Notes under the pieces: generated by a model | The model's database searches: none | Seen by the model: the letters and a program-made list of their open reading frames with translations, nothing else | What the model was told of the DNA's origin: nothing | NCBI GenBank assembly: GCA_013329615.1 | Contig: DUKA01000032.1 | Location: 1-32,014 of the forward strand | From: Candidatus Bathyarchaeota archaeon | GTDB lineage: Archaea; Thermoproteota; Bathyarchaeia; TCS64 | DNA: 32,014 nt | Direction: 5' to 3' | Made by a program: the position numbers and the translations under genes | In this document: piece by piece, positions 17,081-26,013 of the stretch | Numbering within the stretch: the first letter of the stretch is position 1 | Layout: each line of letters begins with the position of its first letter

Positions 17081-17907
17081 ACGATCACGCACTCGACGCC
17101 GAGGCGACCGAGTGTCGCCTTGAGCATCGTCTTCTCTGAACCCTTCAACCCGCTCTCCACATACGCTCTCTCGACGCCGCCGGTCTTCGCGATCATCTGT
17201 CTGATTAGGTCGTCATTCAGGTCTGGAATGGCGTACTTGGCGGCTACGTGGCCGAAGGCGTGCTCACCCTCCATGACGCTGAACTTGGGGCAGTAGTGAC
17301 CGCCCCCGAAGCCTATCGCGCGTGGCGCCTTCTCACTAGACGCTACGCCTTCTAGGATGGCGTCGACGAGGTACTCGCAGGCGGCGACGTCCCCCCACTG
17401 CGCCTCGCTGCTCCCTACCTCGGCGAAGAACATCGGCACCCTGAACTGCGTCGGGCTATGATGCGTCGCCTCGAGGCTGACGGAGAAGCCCGTGGGAGGA
17501 CTCCGCTTCAGGGCCACGTAGACGTTCCTCATCGCCTCCGCCGGGACGGGTTGAAGCTCGCGGGGCCTCCCACCTAGCAGCGCCTCGCCGAAGTTACCCG
17601 TCGCATGCGCCGTGAGGCTCGGCTGCCCGCTCCTAGCCCAGTGGCGGCTCGCGACGACGAAGTAATCGACACCGAGCTCCGCGGCGAGGGCATCGTAGTC
17701 GAGCGGGTAGGGGTCGGGCTCCCTCGGAGCCGGCTCGTCCTCAACGGGGACAATCTCACGAGGGACGGGGACGAGGAATATGTCACCCTTAGCGTAGACT
17801 CCCTCACGCACCTCGGAGAAGCCGCGCCTCTTGAATATCTCGAACATGTTGGCGGCGGCCTGGTCGGTCGTCGCGAGGGTTATCCCTACCTTCCCCATCT
17901 CCGGCAC
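17077..17907 (-). CDS. dtdA: Archaeal D-aminoacyl-tRNA deacylase (DTD2 type)
   Basis: 276 aa. ASRHWARSGQPSLTAHATGNFG, EATHHSPT, FAEVGSSEAQW and GGGHYCPKF match conserved blocks of the archaeal D-Tyr-tRNA deacylase family. Confidence 0.85.
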   Translation of the reverse strand: MPEMGKVGITLATTDQAAANMFEIFKRRGFSEVREGVYAKGDIFLVPVPREIVPVEDEPAPREPDPYPLDYDALAAELGVDYFVVASRHWARSGQPSLTAHATGNFGEALLGGRPRELQPVPAEAMRNVYVALKRSPPTGFSVSLEATHHSPTQFRVPMFFAEVGSSEAQWGDVAACEYLVDAILEGVASSEKAPRAIGFGGGHYCPKFSVMEGEHAFGHVAAKYAIPDLNDDLIRQMIAKTGGVERAYVESGLKGSEKTMLKATLGRLGVECVIV

Positions 17908-17942
17908 CAGATGCGTAGGAGTGGGGGAGCGGGTTGTTAAAT

Positions 17943-19112
17943 CTAACCCGCGTCGGGGCGTCTGGGGAGGCGTATCGTAAACGTGGTCCCGACCCCCTGC
18001 TCGGAGGATGCCTCGATCGTGCCCCCGTGCGCCTCGACGGTCTGCCTGCAGAAGTTCAGCCCGAGCCCCATCCCCTGCGTCTTCGTCGACTCAAACGCCC
18101 TGAAGAGGCGCGGCAGGAACTCTGGGGGGATGCCGACGCCGGTGTCGCCTACCGTTACGACTATGAAATCGCCCTGAATCTGCGCGGTTACCTTCACCGT
18201 GCCCCCGTGGGGCATCGCGTCGACGGCGTTCCTCACGAGGTTCTCCACGACCCGCCTCATCTTCACGCCGTCGACGAGCTGCGTCCCGAGCTCCTCCACG
18301 TTGACGTCGATGACGATGTCGGCGACCCCCTCGACGACGGTGGCGCCCTCATGTATCACCTTGGAGAGGTCGGTCGGCGTGAGCACCATCGGTGCCTCCT
18401 TCGTCGCCTGCTTGACGCCCTCGATCATGTCGTTCGCGTAGTCAACGGCGTCGACTATCTTGTCTAGGAACTCCCCGAGCCTCTCCGGTCTCCGCTTCGA
18501 GAGGTAGACCATGTTCTTGATGAGCTGGAGGGGTCCCTTGATGTCGTGCGCCACTGTGGCGGCCACCCTCCCCGCGGCAACCATTTTACTCGCCTCGAGG
18601 AGCTCCTGCGTCTTCTCCGCGACCGACTTCTCGAGCGCCTCTATCTCGGAGAGTCGTTCCAGGGCCGAGCCGACGTGAAGCGCGAGTGCCTCGACCAGCT
18701 CCCTGTCCTCCCCTGTTATGGAGTCTACTCCGCCCCCCTCGACGTTTATGACGGCGCGCACCTCGCCACCGGCTACAACGGGTACTGCTAACTCGGATAA
18801 TACTGCGTCGTCGGGGTTTGGCGAGATGTAGTCCGGGTCGCGGCGCACGTCGGGCACGTACTGGGTCTCAGCCGTCTTTACGGTCCTGACGGTTACACCC
18901 CGCCCGTCGAGCGGAACAGACCAACTCTCTGGGATGGTTAAACCGCGATAATATCGGTACCTGAGATAACCACCCTCGACTATCCCTATCCCGCACCAGC
19001 CGAACTCGACAAGGGATTCTATCGCCTCGATCGCCGTGGAGTAGATGGAGTCGACGCTCCTCGCCTTCGCTAGCCCTATGGCGCGCTTGTTTAGCGAGGC
19101 ACACTTCCCCAT
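17943..19112 (-). CDS. Cytoplasmic GAF-domain sensor histidine kinase
   Basis: 389 aa. It has an N-terminal GAF-like region, the H-box VAHDIKGPLQ, an N-box LVRNAVDA, and G-boxes GDTGVGIP / GMGLGL. There are no TM segments, and no response regulator is present in the window. Confidence 0.85.
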   Translation of the reverse strand: MGKCASLNKRAIGLAKARSVDSIYSTAIEAIESLVEFGWCGIGIVEGGYLRYRYYRGLTIPESWSVPLDGRGVTVRTVKTAETQYVPDVRRDPDYISPNPDDAVLSELAVPVVAGGEVRAVINVEGGGVDSITGEDRELVEALALHVGSALERLSEIEALEKSVAEKTQELLEASKMVAAGRVAATVAHDIKGPLQLIKNMVYLSKRRPERLGEFLDKIVDAVDYANDMIEGVKQATKEAPMVLTPTDLSKVIHEGATVVEGVADIVIDVNVEELGTQLVDGVKMRRVVENLVRNAVDAMPHGGTVKVTAQIQGDFIVVTVGDTGVGIPPEFLPRLFRAFESTKTQGMGLGLNFCRQTVEAHGGTIEASSEQGVGTTFTIRLPRRPDAG

Positions 19113-19265
19113 TTTCGATCCTCCATGGCGTCTCAGAGGTTGAGTCGGCCCCGCCCACCGCCCCGGAGGCGTGACCCAAATGGCATAGCCGCGAGTGGTT
19201 AAGCCAAAAACTCGAGCCTTGGGAAACCACTGTGTCGAGTTGGTATATGATATTTCTGGAACAAG

Positions 19266-20216
19266 CTACGGGAGCTGTATCGTACCGGCGACTCTTAGCC
19301 TGCCGCCGTCGATGTAGACAAGCACGGCGCGCGCCCCCACGGGATGGACGAGCGGTCTCTCAAGCGTGATGGTCATCTCGGGCTTCTTGTCGCCAACGTC
19401 GTTCATCTTCGTGATTCTGGCGAGGCTGAGCTGCAGCCAGTGGCCGAGGTGGAGTGTGCTCCCCTCGTGCAGCTGCGCCTGGAAGTAGGGGATCACCTCG
19501 GCCTTCGCGGTGAGTGTGGAGGTCTGTTTGAGGTCTGCGCCCGTGAGGACTGTTCCCCTGTCGAGGTCCTCCGCCTCTACCCCCTTGAGGGCGACGCCGA
19601 CGTGGTCCCCAGCTTCAGCCGATTCGAAGTCCTCGTCGTGCTTCTGTATGCTCCTGACCTCGGCGACCTTGTCGCCGGGGAGGACCTTGAGTTGGTCGTG
19701 CTTCTTGATGGTGCCGCTCTTTATGTTTGCTAGGGCAACTGTGCCGATGCCGCGGACGTTGAAGGCGGCGTCGACGGTGAGCGTACCCGGCCCGGTCTGC
19801 GGCTGCCTCGGCGCCTCGGCTAGGGCGATGAGCCTGTCCCTCAACTTCATGGGATCATCCTCCATCACCGTGTAGCCCTCGAGGACCGTGCCCTTCCTCA
19901 ACGCCTTGAGCTGATCCTCGGTGATGTAGTTGCGGAGCACTATCGTGCCCTCCTTTACGCCGCAGGCGTTGATCATGAGGAGGCTCTCGCCGAAGTACTG
20001 GTCGAGCTTCTCCGCCACAAGGACGGCGTGCTCCCCGAAGGCCACCGAGTAATAGAGGCTCTGAATCTTCTCCGGGTACCTGCTCGGCTCGACCATCGTG
20101 ACGACGGTCTCCCCCTTCTTCAGGTCGTAGAATGTGATGTCGGTCTCGCCGCTCTTCTTGCCGAGCTGCTTGGCGTACTCCGGGCTGCCGATGACGGACG
20201 CGTTGAGGCTGGGCAC
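19266..20216 (-). CDS. EF-Tu/EF-1alpha-like protein with a degenerate G domain (domain II/III conserved)
   Basis: 316 aa with a GTG start. Aa 145-225 (GTLTVDAAFNVRGIGTVALANIKSGTIKKHDQLKVLPG...EVRSIQKHDEDFESAEAGDHVGVALKGV...DLDRGTVL) is a clear EF-Tu domain II barrel. The N-terminal region lacks the GxxxxGK[ST], DxxG and NKxD motifs. Confidence 0.75.
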   Translation of the reverse strand: MPSLNASVIGSPEYAKQLGKKSGETDITFYDLKKGETVVTMVEPSRYPEKIQSLYYSVAFGEHAVLVAEKLDQYFGESLLMINACGVKEGTIVLRNYITEDQLKALRKGTVLEGYTVMEDDPMKLRDRLIALAEAPRQPQTGPGTLTVDAAFNVRGIGTVALANIKSGTIKKHDQLKVLPGDKVAEVRSIQKHDEDFESAEAGDHVGVALKGVEAEDLDRGTVLTGADLKQTSTLTAKAEVIPYFQAQLHEGSTLHLGHWLQLSLARITKMNDVGDKKPEMTITLERPLVHPVGARAVLVYIDGGRLRVAGTIQLP

Positions 20217-20478
20217 AGAGGCTGAGGGATGCGAGGCGGTTAATATGGGTTATTAAGAACCGATGGCGCTACTCGGGTTAGCGACCACCTCTCCTATATG
20301 GTTTGTTTCATTCTACTTTTTTTAGGCGAAATTTATTTCATCATAAGTTGGAATTGTCTTCGGTGAAAATTGGGCCAAGAACGTAGAGAAAACGCCCAGA
20401 TTTGGCTGCAGAATGATCATCAGTCGCGATTACTGAATGTGAGTAAGTTCTTAATATTCACCTGCCCACCGGGGAACC

Positions 20479-21168
20479 ATGAAAGTGCTCGCGTTAAACG
20501 CAAGCCCAAGAAAACAACACGGCACTACAGACATAATCATCGACTACTTCCTAGAAGGGGCCAGACAAGCCGGGGCAACCACTAAGAAGCACTACGTCAC
20601 AGACCTCGACATCAAGGGTTGCACCGGCTGCTTCACGTGCTGGACTAAGACCCCTGGAAGATGCATACACCGTGACGATATGGATTGGCTGATCCCAGAG
20701 ACAAAGGAAGCCGAGATAATCATATTCGGGACCCCCATCTACAACGGAAACATCACCCACTACATGCAGCGAATGACCGAGCGCTTCCTACCCACTCTAC
20801 TCCCTTGGATGGAGGAGAGTGGAGATACCACGCATCACCCACTGAGATACGAGAAAAAACCACAGAAGAGAGTACTCGTGGCGGTGGCCGGATTCCCCGA
20901 TCACCAAGCATTCAACATAGTCAAGGCGATCTCCCCTGACTCACTCCATATCCTGTTACCCAGCAGCCAAATCCTCCAAGATATGGAAGGCAAAAAACTG
21001 ATGAAGGGTTTCACGGACGCGGTGACAGAGTCTGCGAAACAACTAATCAGGCGTGGGGAAGTAGACCAAGAAACTAAAAACAAGCTAGTCGTGGAGCACA
21101 GCACAGAGATAAAGAATCTGATTAGAGAACACGCAAACAGGTACTTCGAAGCCCATCTGGAAAAATGA
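20479..21168 (+). CDS. Iron-sulfur flavoprotein / NADPH-dependent FMN reductase family protein
   Basis: 229 aa. It has MKVLALNASPRK, the compact Cys motif CTGCFTCWTKTPGRC, and IIFGTPIYNGNIT. G+C is lower than in the neighbours. Confidence 0.8.
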   Translation: MKVLALNASPRKQHGTTDIIIDYFLEGARQAGATTKKHYVTDLDIKGCTGCFTCWTKTPGRCIHRDDMDWLIPETKEAEIIIFGTPIYNGNITHYMQRMTERFLPTLLPWMEESGDTTHHPLRYEKKPQKRVLVAVAGFPDHQAFNIVKAISPDSLHILLPSSQILQDMEGKKLMKGFTDAVTESAKQLIRRGEVDQETKNKLVVEHSTEIKNLIREHANRYFEAHLEK

Positions 21169-21327
21169 CTAAAAGAGAAGGGGGACGAGGTGATCGAGAA
21201 ATCTGCCCCTTATTTCACATCCTAATCCTTTATCATCCCCAATTTGCTGTAAATCGTGCAGGTGAGCGATAGGCGTGGTGGAGCTGGTTCGGGGCTAGAT
21301 TTATAGTGACGACGGACGGGTATTCTC

Positions 21328-21540
21328 TTGATAGCATTGGGCAAGATCGACAAGGGCCAGAAATGCACGGTCAAGAACTGCAAACAGGACGCGGTGCGCT
21401 CCGTCAGCGTCGAAAAGGCGAAGGCAGCCGGACTCGAAGTCGAGGGCAAGAACGCCTACGTCTGCGAGGAGCACTACAAGCAGTTCAAGAAGGGAAACAA
21501 GAAGTCGGACCAGATAGAGAAGTGGCGCTTCGGCCGCTAG
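21328..21540 (+). CDS. Small basic hypothetical protein with a CxxC...CxxH motif
   Basis: 70 aa with a TTG start (alternative TTG at 21337) and host-like codon usage. It has CTVKNC ... CEEH and a Lys-rich tail. A TATA-like GATTTATAG lies about 25 nt upstream. Confidence 0.5.
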   Translation: MIALGKIDKGQKCTVKNCKQDAVRSVSVEKAKAAGLEVEGKNAYVCEEHYKQFKKGNKKSDQIEKWRFGR

Positions 21541-22994
21541 CCGCTGAACTTGGGGCGCGACTGCAGGTACCTGGGTACGGGCAGCGGCCTCCACGGCTTG
21601 TCGCCGACGACGCCCTTGATCTCCGCGGCGAGGTCCGCGGGGGAGTATTCTGAGAGCTTCCCCGTCGCCCTGACGCGTACGGGTATCTTCTCCTTCCCCG
21701 CCTCCTTCTCGCCGATGACGAGGGTGTAGGGTATCCACTCCTTCTCCGAGTCCCTGATCTTCTTGCCGACCGACTCGTCCCTGTTGTCGACGTCGACCCT
21801 GATCTTCGATACCTCTATCTCGGCGGCGATCTTGTCTGCTGCGCCGAGGTAGTCCTGGCTGACGGGGATGACGCGAACCTGAGTGGGCTGTAGCCAGAGG
21901 GGCAGCATGGGGCGCTTGCCGACCTTCATGTCGAAGGCCGCCTTCTCCAGCAGGGCGTAGATGTCCCTCTCGATGGCGCCGCTGGGGCTGCAGTGCAGGA
22001 TGAGGGGGTGCTTGGTGGTGCCGTCCTCCTCCATGAACTTAATGCCGTACCTCTCGCCGTTCTCGACATCTATCTGGTCGGTGCTCAGGGCGCTGGCCTT
22101 GTCGAGGTTATCGACGAAGTTCCTCTCCCACTTCAGAATGAAGTAGAAGATGCGCTCCCGCCACATCTCCACCAGCACCGGCTTGCCGTGGGTCTTGACG
22201 AGGTTGACGACGAAGTCCTTGTTGTTCTCCCAGAACTCCTCGGTGAGGCGGACGCCCAGCTCGTAGTCGCTGTTGTGTATGCCTATGCCCTCGAGGACGT
22301 CGGCGCTCATCTTGAACCTGACCATGAACTCCTCCTTCGCCTGCGGGAGGTCGCGACACATGGCGTGGACGTCGGGCATGGTGAAGCTGCGGAGCCTGCG
22401 CAGGCCAGTGAGTTCGCCCTTCTGCTCCCTGCGGAAGCTGTAGCGGGTGAGCTCGTAGAGCTTGAGTGGGAGGTTCTTGTAGCTGATGGTCGCGTCCTTA
22501 GCCATGAGGAACTGGCCGAAGCACGCCGCGAAGCGGAGGAAGTACTTGTCGTCGTCGGACTCGATGGTGTACTGGCGGGCTGGGAAGCGGTTTAGGTAGT
22601 TGGCGAGGGTCGGGTGGTTGAGGTTGTACATGATGGGGGTCTCGACCTCCATGCCGCCGTACTTGCCGACGGAGCTGGAGACGTACTCCTCCAGGAGCGC
22701 CTTCATCATCCTGCCCTTGGGGTAGAAGCGCATATTACCGGGGTCGCTCGCGGGCTCGTAGTCGACGAGCTCCAGCGCCTTCATCATCGTGACGTGCGGT
22801 GGCTCCTGGTGTACTGTCCTGTCCTTGTCTACCTCGTAGCCGGCGAATTTCCGGAGGTTGTCGCGGCCCTTGAAGTTGAACTCGTCTATCTTGTGGAGTT
22901 CGCCCTCTAGGTCGAGTATGTACCAGTGTGACTTGAGCTTCTCCTCCGCCTTCAGCGCTGCGGAGACTACCTCTTCCTTCTTGTTTTCAGCCAT
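21537..22994 (-). CDS. thrS: Threonyl-tRNA synthetase, catalytic form lacking the N-terminal editing domain
   Basis: 485 aa from ATG 22994 (the track opens at GTG 23030). It has archaeal ThrRS blocks: class II motifs [22 protein letters not shown] and [17 protein letters not shown], plus a C-terminal anticodon-binding region (VRVIPVS...[34 protein letters not shown]). Confidence 0.9.
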   Translation of the reverse strand: MAENKKEEVVSAALKAEEKLKSHWYILDLEGELHKIDEFNFKGRDNLRKFAGYEVDKDRTVHQEPPHVTMMKALELVDYEPASDPGNMRFYPKGRMMKALLEEYVSSSVGKYGGMEVETPIMYNLNHPTLANYLNRFPARQYTIESDDDKYFLRFAACFGQFLMAKDATISYKNLPLKLYELTRYSFRREQKGELTGLRRLRSFTMPDVHAMCRDLPQAKEEFMVRFKMSADVLEGIGIHNSDYELGVRLTEEFWENNKDFVVNLVKTHGKPVLVEMWRERIFYFILKWERNFVDNLDKASALSTDQIDVENGERYGIKFMEEDGTTKHPLILHCSPSGAIERDIYALLEKAAFDMKVGKRPMLPLWLQPTQVRVIPVSQDYLGAADKIAAEIEVSKIRVDVDNRDESVGKKIRDSEKEWIPYTLVIGEKEAGKEKIPVRVRATGKLSEYSPADLAAEIKGVVGDKPWRPLPVPRYLQSRPKFSG

Positions 22995-23163
22995 TGTTTT
23001 TGCCTTCCAGTTGGAGGCGGCGACGCCCACTATCCCCTAGGGTTGGTTGTTGTCTTAGAACCTCGGGGGAGCGTCTGGGATTGCCTTGGGCCTTTCGGCC
23101 TAAACTGTTTGGCGGGTGGTCACCGCGCTCTCCTCTGAACATCAACGGTGGGGAGGTGTGTTT

Positions 23164-23847
23164 TTAACCTTTATGTGCTTTGGGGGCGAGGTGGGCGTGC
23201 TTTACGGCGTATGTGCCGCTGGTGCCCTCCCAGACCACTTCCGCCTCGTCTATGACGAGCCTCTTTCTGAACCAGGGCGCGTCGACGACGAGGCTCTCGT
23301 ACTCGCCGCCCTCGCCGCATACGTTGACCCCGAAGCGTTCACTCAGTCCTGCGAGCTCCGCCGCGGCCTTCTTGTCGATGCGCCTGCCGAGCCAGCTCTT
23401 GTCGAGGCCGTTCGCCGCGGCGTGCACTAAAATTATCTCCATCCCCGACTTGATCTCGGCCTCGAGGACCTCCTGCGGGTTCTTCCCCCACAGTGGGGAC
23501 AGGTGGATTATGCCCAGTTCACTGCATAGCTGATTTACCCTGTCCCGCTGGTACTTTGAGGCTATTGCGCCGCTGACGACGCCCTTCACGTCCAGAAGCT
23601 CGATGAGGTGCTTCAACTCCTCGACCTCCTTCTCTTTCTCGCCACTGCTTGGGGCGGAGGCGAGGGGCTTGCCCTGCGCCTCGGCGACGAGGGGGGTTAA
23701 GTGGATGTTGACCCCGTGGAACATGTAGCTGTCCCCCCGGGCGGGGCGCATGCAGGCGAATATGGAGACCTCGTGCCCCCCCTTTTCGGCGAGGTACGCA
23801 GCGTATGTGCTATCCTTCCCCCCGGAGAAGAGCGCGGCCAGCTTCAT
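23164..23847 (-). CDS. dph6: Diphthine-ammonia ligase (Dph6; DUF71 PP-loop ATPase)
   Basis: MKLAALFSGGKDSTYAAY contains the PP-loop SGGKDS. The remainder matches MJ0570-like proteins. ATG 23847 is preferred over the track start 23895. Confidence 0.85.
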   Translation of the reverse strand: MKLAALFSGGKDSTYAAYLAEKGGHEVSIFACMRPARGDSYMFHGVNIHLTPLVAEAQGKPLASAPSSGEKEKEVEELKHLIELLDVKGVVSGAIASKYQRDRVNQLCSELGIIHLSPLWGKNPQEVLEAEIKSGMEIILVHAAANGLDKSWLGRRIDKKAAAELAGLSERFGVNVCGEGGEYESLVVDAPWFRKRLVIDEAEVVWEGTSGTYAVKHAHLAPKAHKG

Positions 23848-23917
23848 GGATGAACACAATGGCTTTGGCTTTATTAGATGTGTGTGGGTATCCAAAGGTT
23901 ACAGGTCAAAGGGTAAC

Positions 23918-23962
23918 ACATGGGAAAAACACATGTTTTATTTACATGTAATTTCAACATGT
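23918..23962. promoter_or_regulatory. Phased ACATG(T) repeat array, a likely vapBC operator/promoter
   Basis: ACATGG at 23918 and the palindromic ACATGT at 23931, 23944 and 23957 are spaced exactly 13 nt apart. They are embedded in AT-rich sequence immediately upstream of GTG 23968. Confidence 0.5.
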
Positions 23963-23967
23963 AAATA

Positions 23968-24210
23968 GTGGTAACCGTGGCCAAGGTAGTCCAAACCGAA
24001 CTCGATGAGAAAGAATACAGGCTCCTTAAAGAAGTCTCAAAGAAAAAGGGACTCTCGATAAAGGAGACGCTGAGAAAAGCGACAGTCACCTACATAGAAG
24101 ATCAGCTACCCCTAGAGGAAGACCCCATATTCAAGGTCAAACCAAGAGGGACGAGTGTAAAGACCAACGCATCAAGACTCGATGAACAACTCTACAGGGA
24201 GAAATCTTGA
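23968..24210 (+). CDS. vapB: Ribbon-helix-helix (CopG-like) antitoxin
   Basis: 80 aa with a GTG start. VVQTELDEKEYRLLKEVSKKKGLSIKETLRKA fits an RHH fold. It overlaps the downstream PIN gene by 4 nt. Confidence 0.7.
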   Translation: MVTVAKVVQTELDEKEYRLLKEVSKKKGLSIKETLRKATVTYIEDQLPLEEDPIFKVKPRGTSVKTNASRLDEQLYREKS

Positions 24211-24614
24211 GCCTCTTCTGGGATACGTCTGCCATTGTGGCCTACTACTATACTGACGATGTCTTCCACAGACCCGCTTCAAATTTCATGGAGGAGGTAA
24301 AGAAGAAACGCCTCTACAAGAGATTCTATATAACCGACTACATACTCAACGAATCCCTAACCTTCTTTGAACGCGTAGTTAAGGACCATGACCTCGCCGA
24401 GGAGGTCGGTGACGCAATATTCGAATCCAGTTTCGTTACGATCGAGCGAGTGGATGAGGAATTACTAAGTGAATCGTGGGAACTTTTCCGTCACAGAAGG
24501 GGAATGAGCTTCACGGATTGTACATCCTTCACTTTGATGCGGAGAATGGAATTGAAAAAAGCCTTCACCTTCGATAGGCATTTTCAGGAAGAGGGTTTTG
24601 AGACTCTCCCCTAG
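24207..24614 (+). CDS. vapC: PIN-domain ribonuclease toxin
   Basis: 135 aa with a TTG start. The conserved acidic residues are in the expected context: FWDTSAIVAY, TDYILNES, SFTDCTSF, FDRHF. Confidence 0.85.
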   Translation: MSLFWDTSAIVAYYYTDDVFHRPASNFMEEVKKKRLYKRFYITDYILNESLTFFERVVKDHDLAEEVGDAIFESSFVTIERVDEELLSESWELFRHRRGMSFTDCTSFTLMRRMELKKAFTFDRHFQEEGFETLP

Positions 24615-24616
24615 GT

Positions 24617-25924
24617 TTAGTAGGCTTCCTTCTTGTCGGCGTCGTACTTCAGGTACTCCTTGTTGTCGATGACGGCCTTGAGGTGCTGCACGACATGCCA
24701 GATCTCCTGATAGGACGTGTAGAGGGGGATTGGGCTGAGGCGTATGGTGGTCGGTGGGCGGAAGTCGGGTGGGACGCCGCGTGCCGTGAGGGCCTCGCAG
24801 ATGCGGCGCGCCTCCTTGTGCTCGCAGGCGACGTGGCCGCCACGCCTCTCGGCCTCGCGGGGGTTGCCGACGCTGAAGTTGTAGGGCTTCTTGCTGAGCA
24901 CCTCGTCGATGAGGAACATGAGGTAGTCGGTGGCCTTGAGGCTCTTCTCCCGTATCTTGTCGAGTCCCGCCTCTACGATCATCTTGCTGCTGGCGTAGAC
25001 GGGGGCGACGCAGAAGCCTATGCTGAGGTTGCTGCCGAGGTGCCACGAGGCGGCGTTGCCCGTTGGGGTCCACTCCTGTTTGAAGTCGAACCTGTTGCCG
25101 GGGCTGTTGCCCCACCAGGTGGGTAGGCCGGGGGTCTCCTTGAAGTGGCTGTTGTGCACATATAAGCCGGCGATGGCGCCCGTTGAGCCGTTCATGTACT
25201 TGTAGTTGCACCAGAGGGCGTAGTCGACGCCCCACTCATGGAACTTGTGCGAGATTACGCCGACGCTGTGGCAGCAGTCGTAGCCGATTATGATGCCGTG
25301 GTCGTGGGCCGCCTTGGTGAGGCGTTTTATGTCTAGGAGCTGGCCGCTGACGAAGTAGACGCTGGGGAGGTGGCAGACGCTGACCTCGTCGCTCATGGCG
25401 GCGATTATGTCCTCCTCCGCGATTGTGCGCCCGTCCCTGCTCTTGACGACTATGAGGTCCTTCTCGGGGTCTCTACCCTTGAGGCGGATGTCGCCCGCGA
25501 GGGCGTAGATGTCGCTGCTGAAGTTGAGTTCGTCCCCGATGATCTTCGTCCTCTTGCCCTTGGGTTTGTAGAACGTGGTGACGAGCGCGTGGATGTTGAC
25601 GGAGGCGCCTCCCGTGACTATGACCTCCTCCTTCTCCGCGCCGACCAGCTTCGCCTGCAGCTCGGCGGTCTTCTTGTCGATGCCGCTCCGGCGGGCGGAG
25701 AGGTCCTTCCACCTCTCGAGCTCCACCTTCAGCTCCTCCTCTGCGTCCTTGGAGGCGAGGCCGAGGCTGTTGCCGTCCATGTAGATTATGGGCTTGACCG
25801 ACTTGGTCTTGCCACCCATGTCGAGGGTCTCCCTCTCGGGGATATAGAACCGCTTCTTATACGCGGCGAGCGGGTCCTCCCTGTCGAGCTTTTTAGCGTA
25901 TTCGAGGTCGGTCTTGTGCACCAT
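24617..25924 (-). CDS. kynU: Kynureninase (PLP-dependent, aminotransferase class V fold)
   Basis: 435 aa. It has DPLAAYKKRFYIP...IYMDGNSLGL at the N-terminus and the CNYKYMNGSTGA PLP-lysine block (compare CSYKYLNxGPG). Confidence 0.8.
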   Translation of the reverse strand: MVHKTDLEYAKKLDREDPLAAYKKRFYIPERETLDMGGKTKSVKPIIYMDGNSLGLASKDAEEELKVELERWKDLSARRSGIDKKTAELQAKLVGAEKEEVIVTGGASVNIHALVTTFYKPKGKRTKIIGDELNFSSDIYALAGDIRLKGRDPEKDLIVVKSRDGRTIAEEDIIAAMSDEVSVCHLPSVYFVSGQLLDIKRLTKAAHDHGIIIGYDCCHSVGVISHKFHEWGVDYALWCNYKYMNGSTGAIAGLYVHNSHFKETPGLPTWWGNSPGNRFDFKQEWTPTGNAASWHLGSNLSIGFCVAPVYASSKMIVEAGLDKIREKSLKATDYLMFLIDEVLSKKPYNFSVGNPREAERRGGHVACEHKEARRICEALTARGVPPDFRPPTTIRLSPIPLYTSYQEIWHVVQHLKAVIDNKEYLKYDADKKEAY

Positions 25925-26013
25925 TTGGATCGTTTGATGGTCCGCTACGCGCTTATATTACCTGTCTTGGGCACAGGGGTTTTATAACGGGTCTGAGGTA
26001 TGCCACTTGTTCG

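Noticed and set aside
17934-18467. 177-aa plus-strand ORF antisense to the histidine kinase, and a similar one at 21993..22595 antisense to thrS
   Set aside because: These are low-complexity Leu/Val/Asp/Arg-rich translations opposite well-supported genes.
19194-19231. Inverted repeat AGTGGTT...AACCACT with an internal T5 (minus strand) downstream of the EF-Tu-like gene as an intrinsic terminator
   Set aside because: The stem is only 7 bp, the loop is large, and the oligo-T lies inside the loop rather than after the stem. It may simply be an archaeal oligo-T termination site, which is not strong enough to list as a feature.
24465-25235. 256-aa minus-strand ORF overlapping kynU in another frame
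   Set aside because: It is a Pro/Arg/Gln-rich low-complexity translation. The kynureninase frame explains the region.
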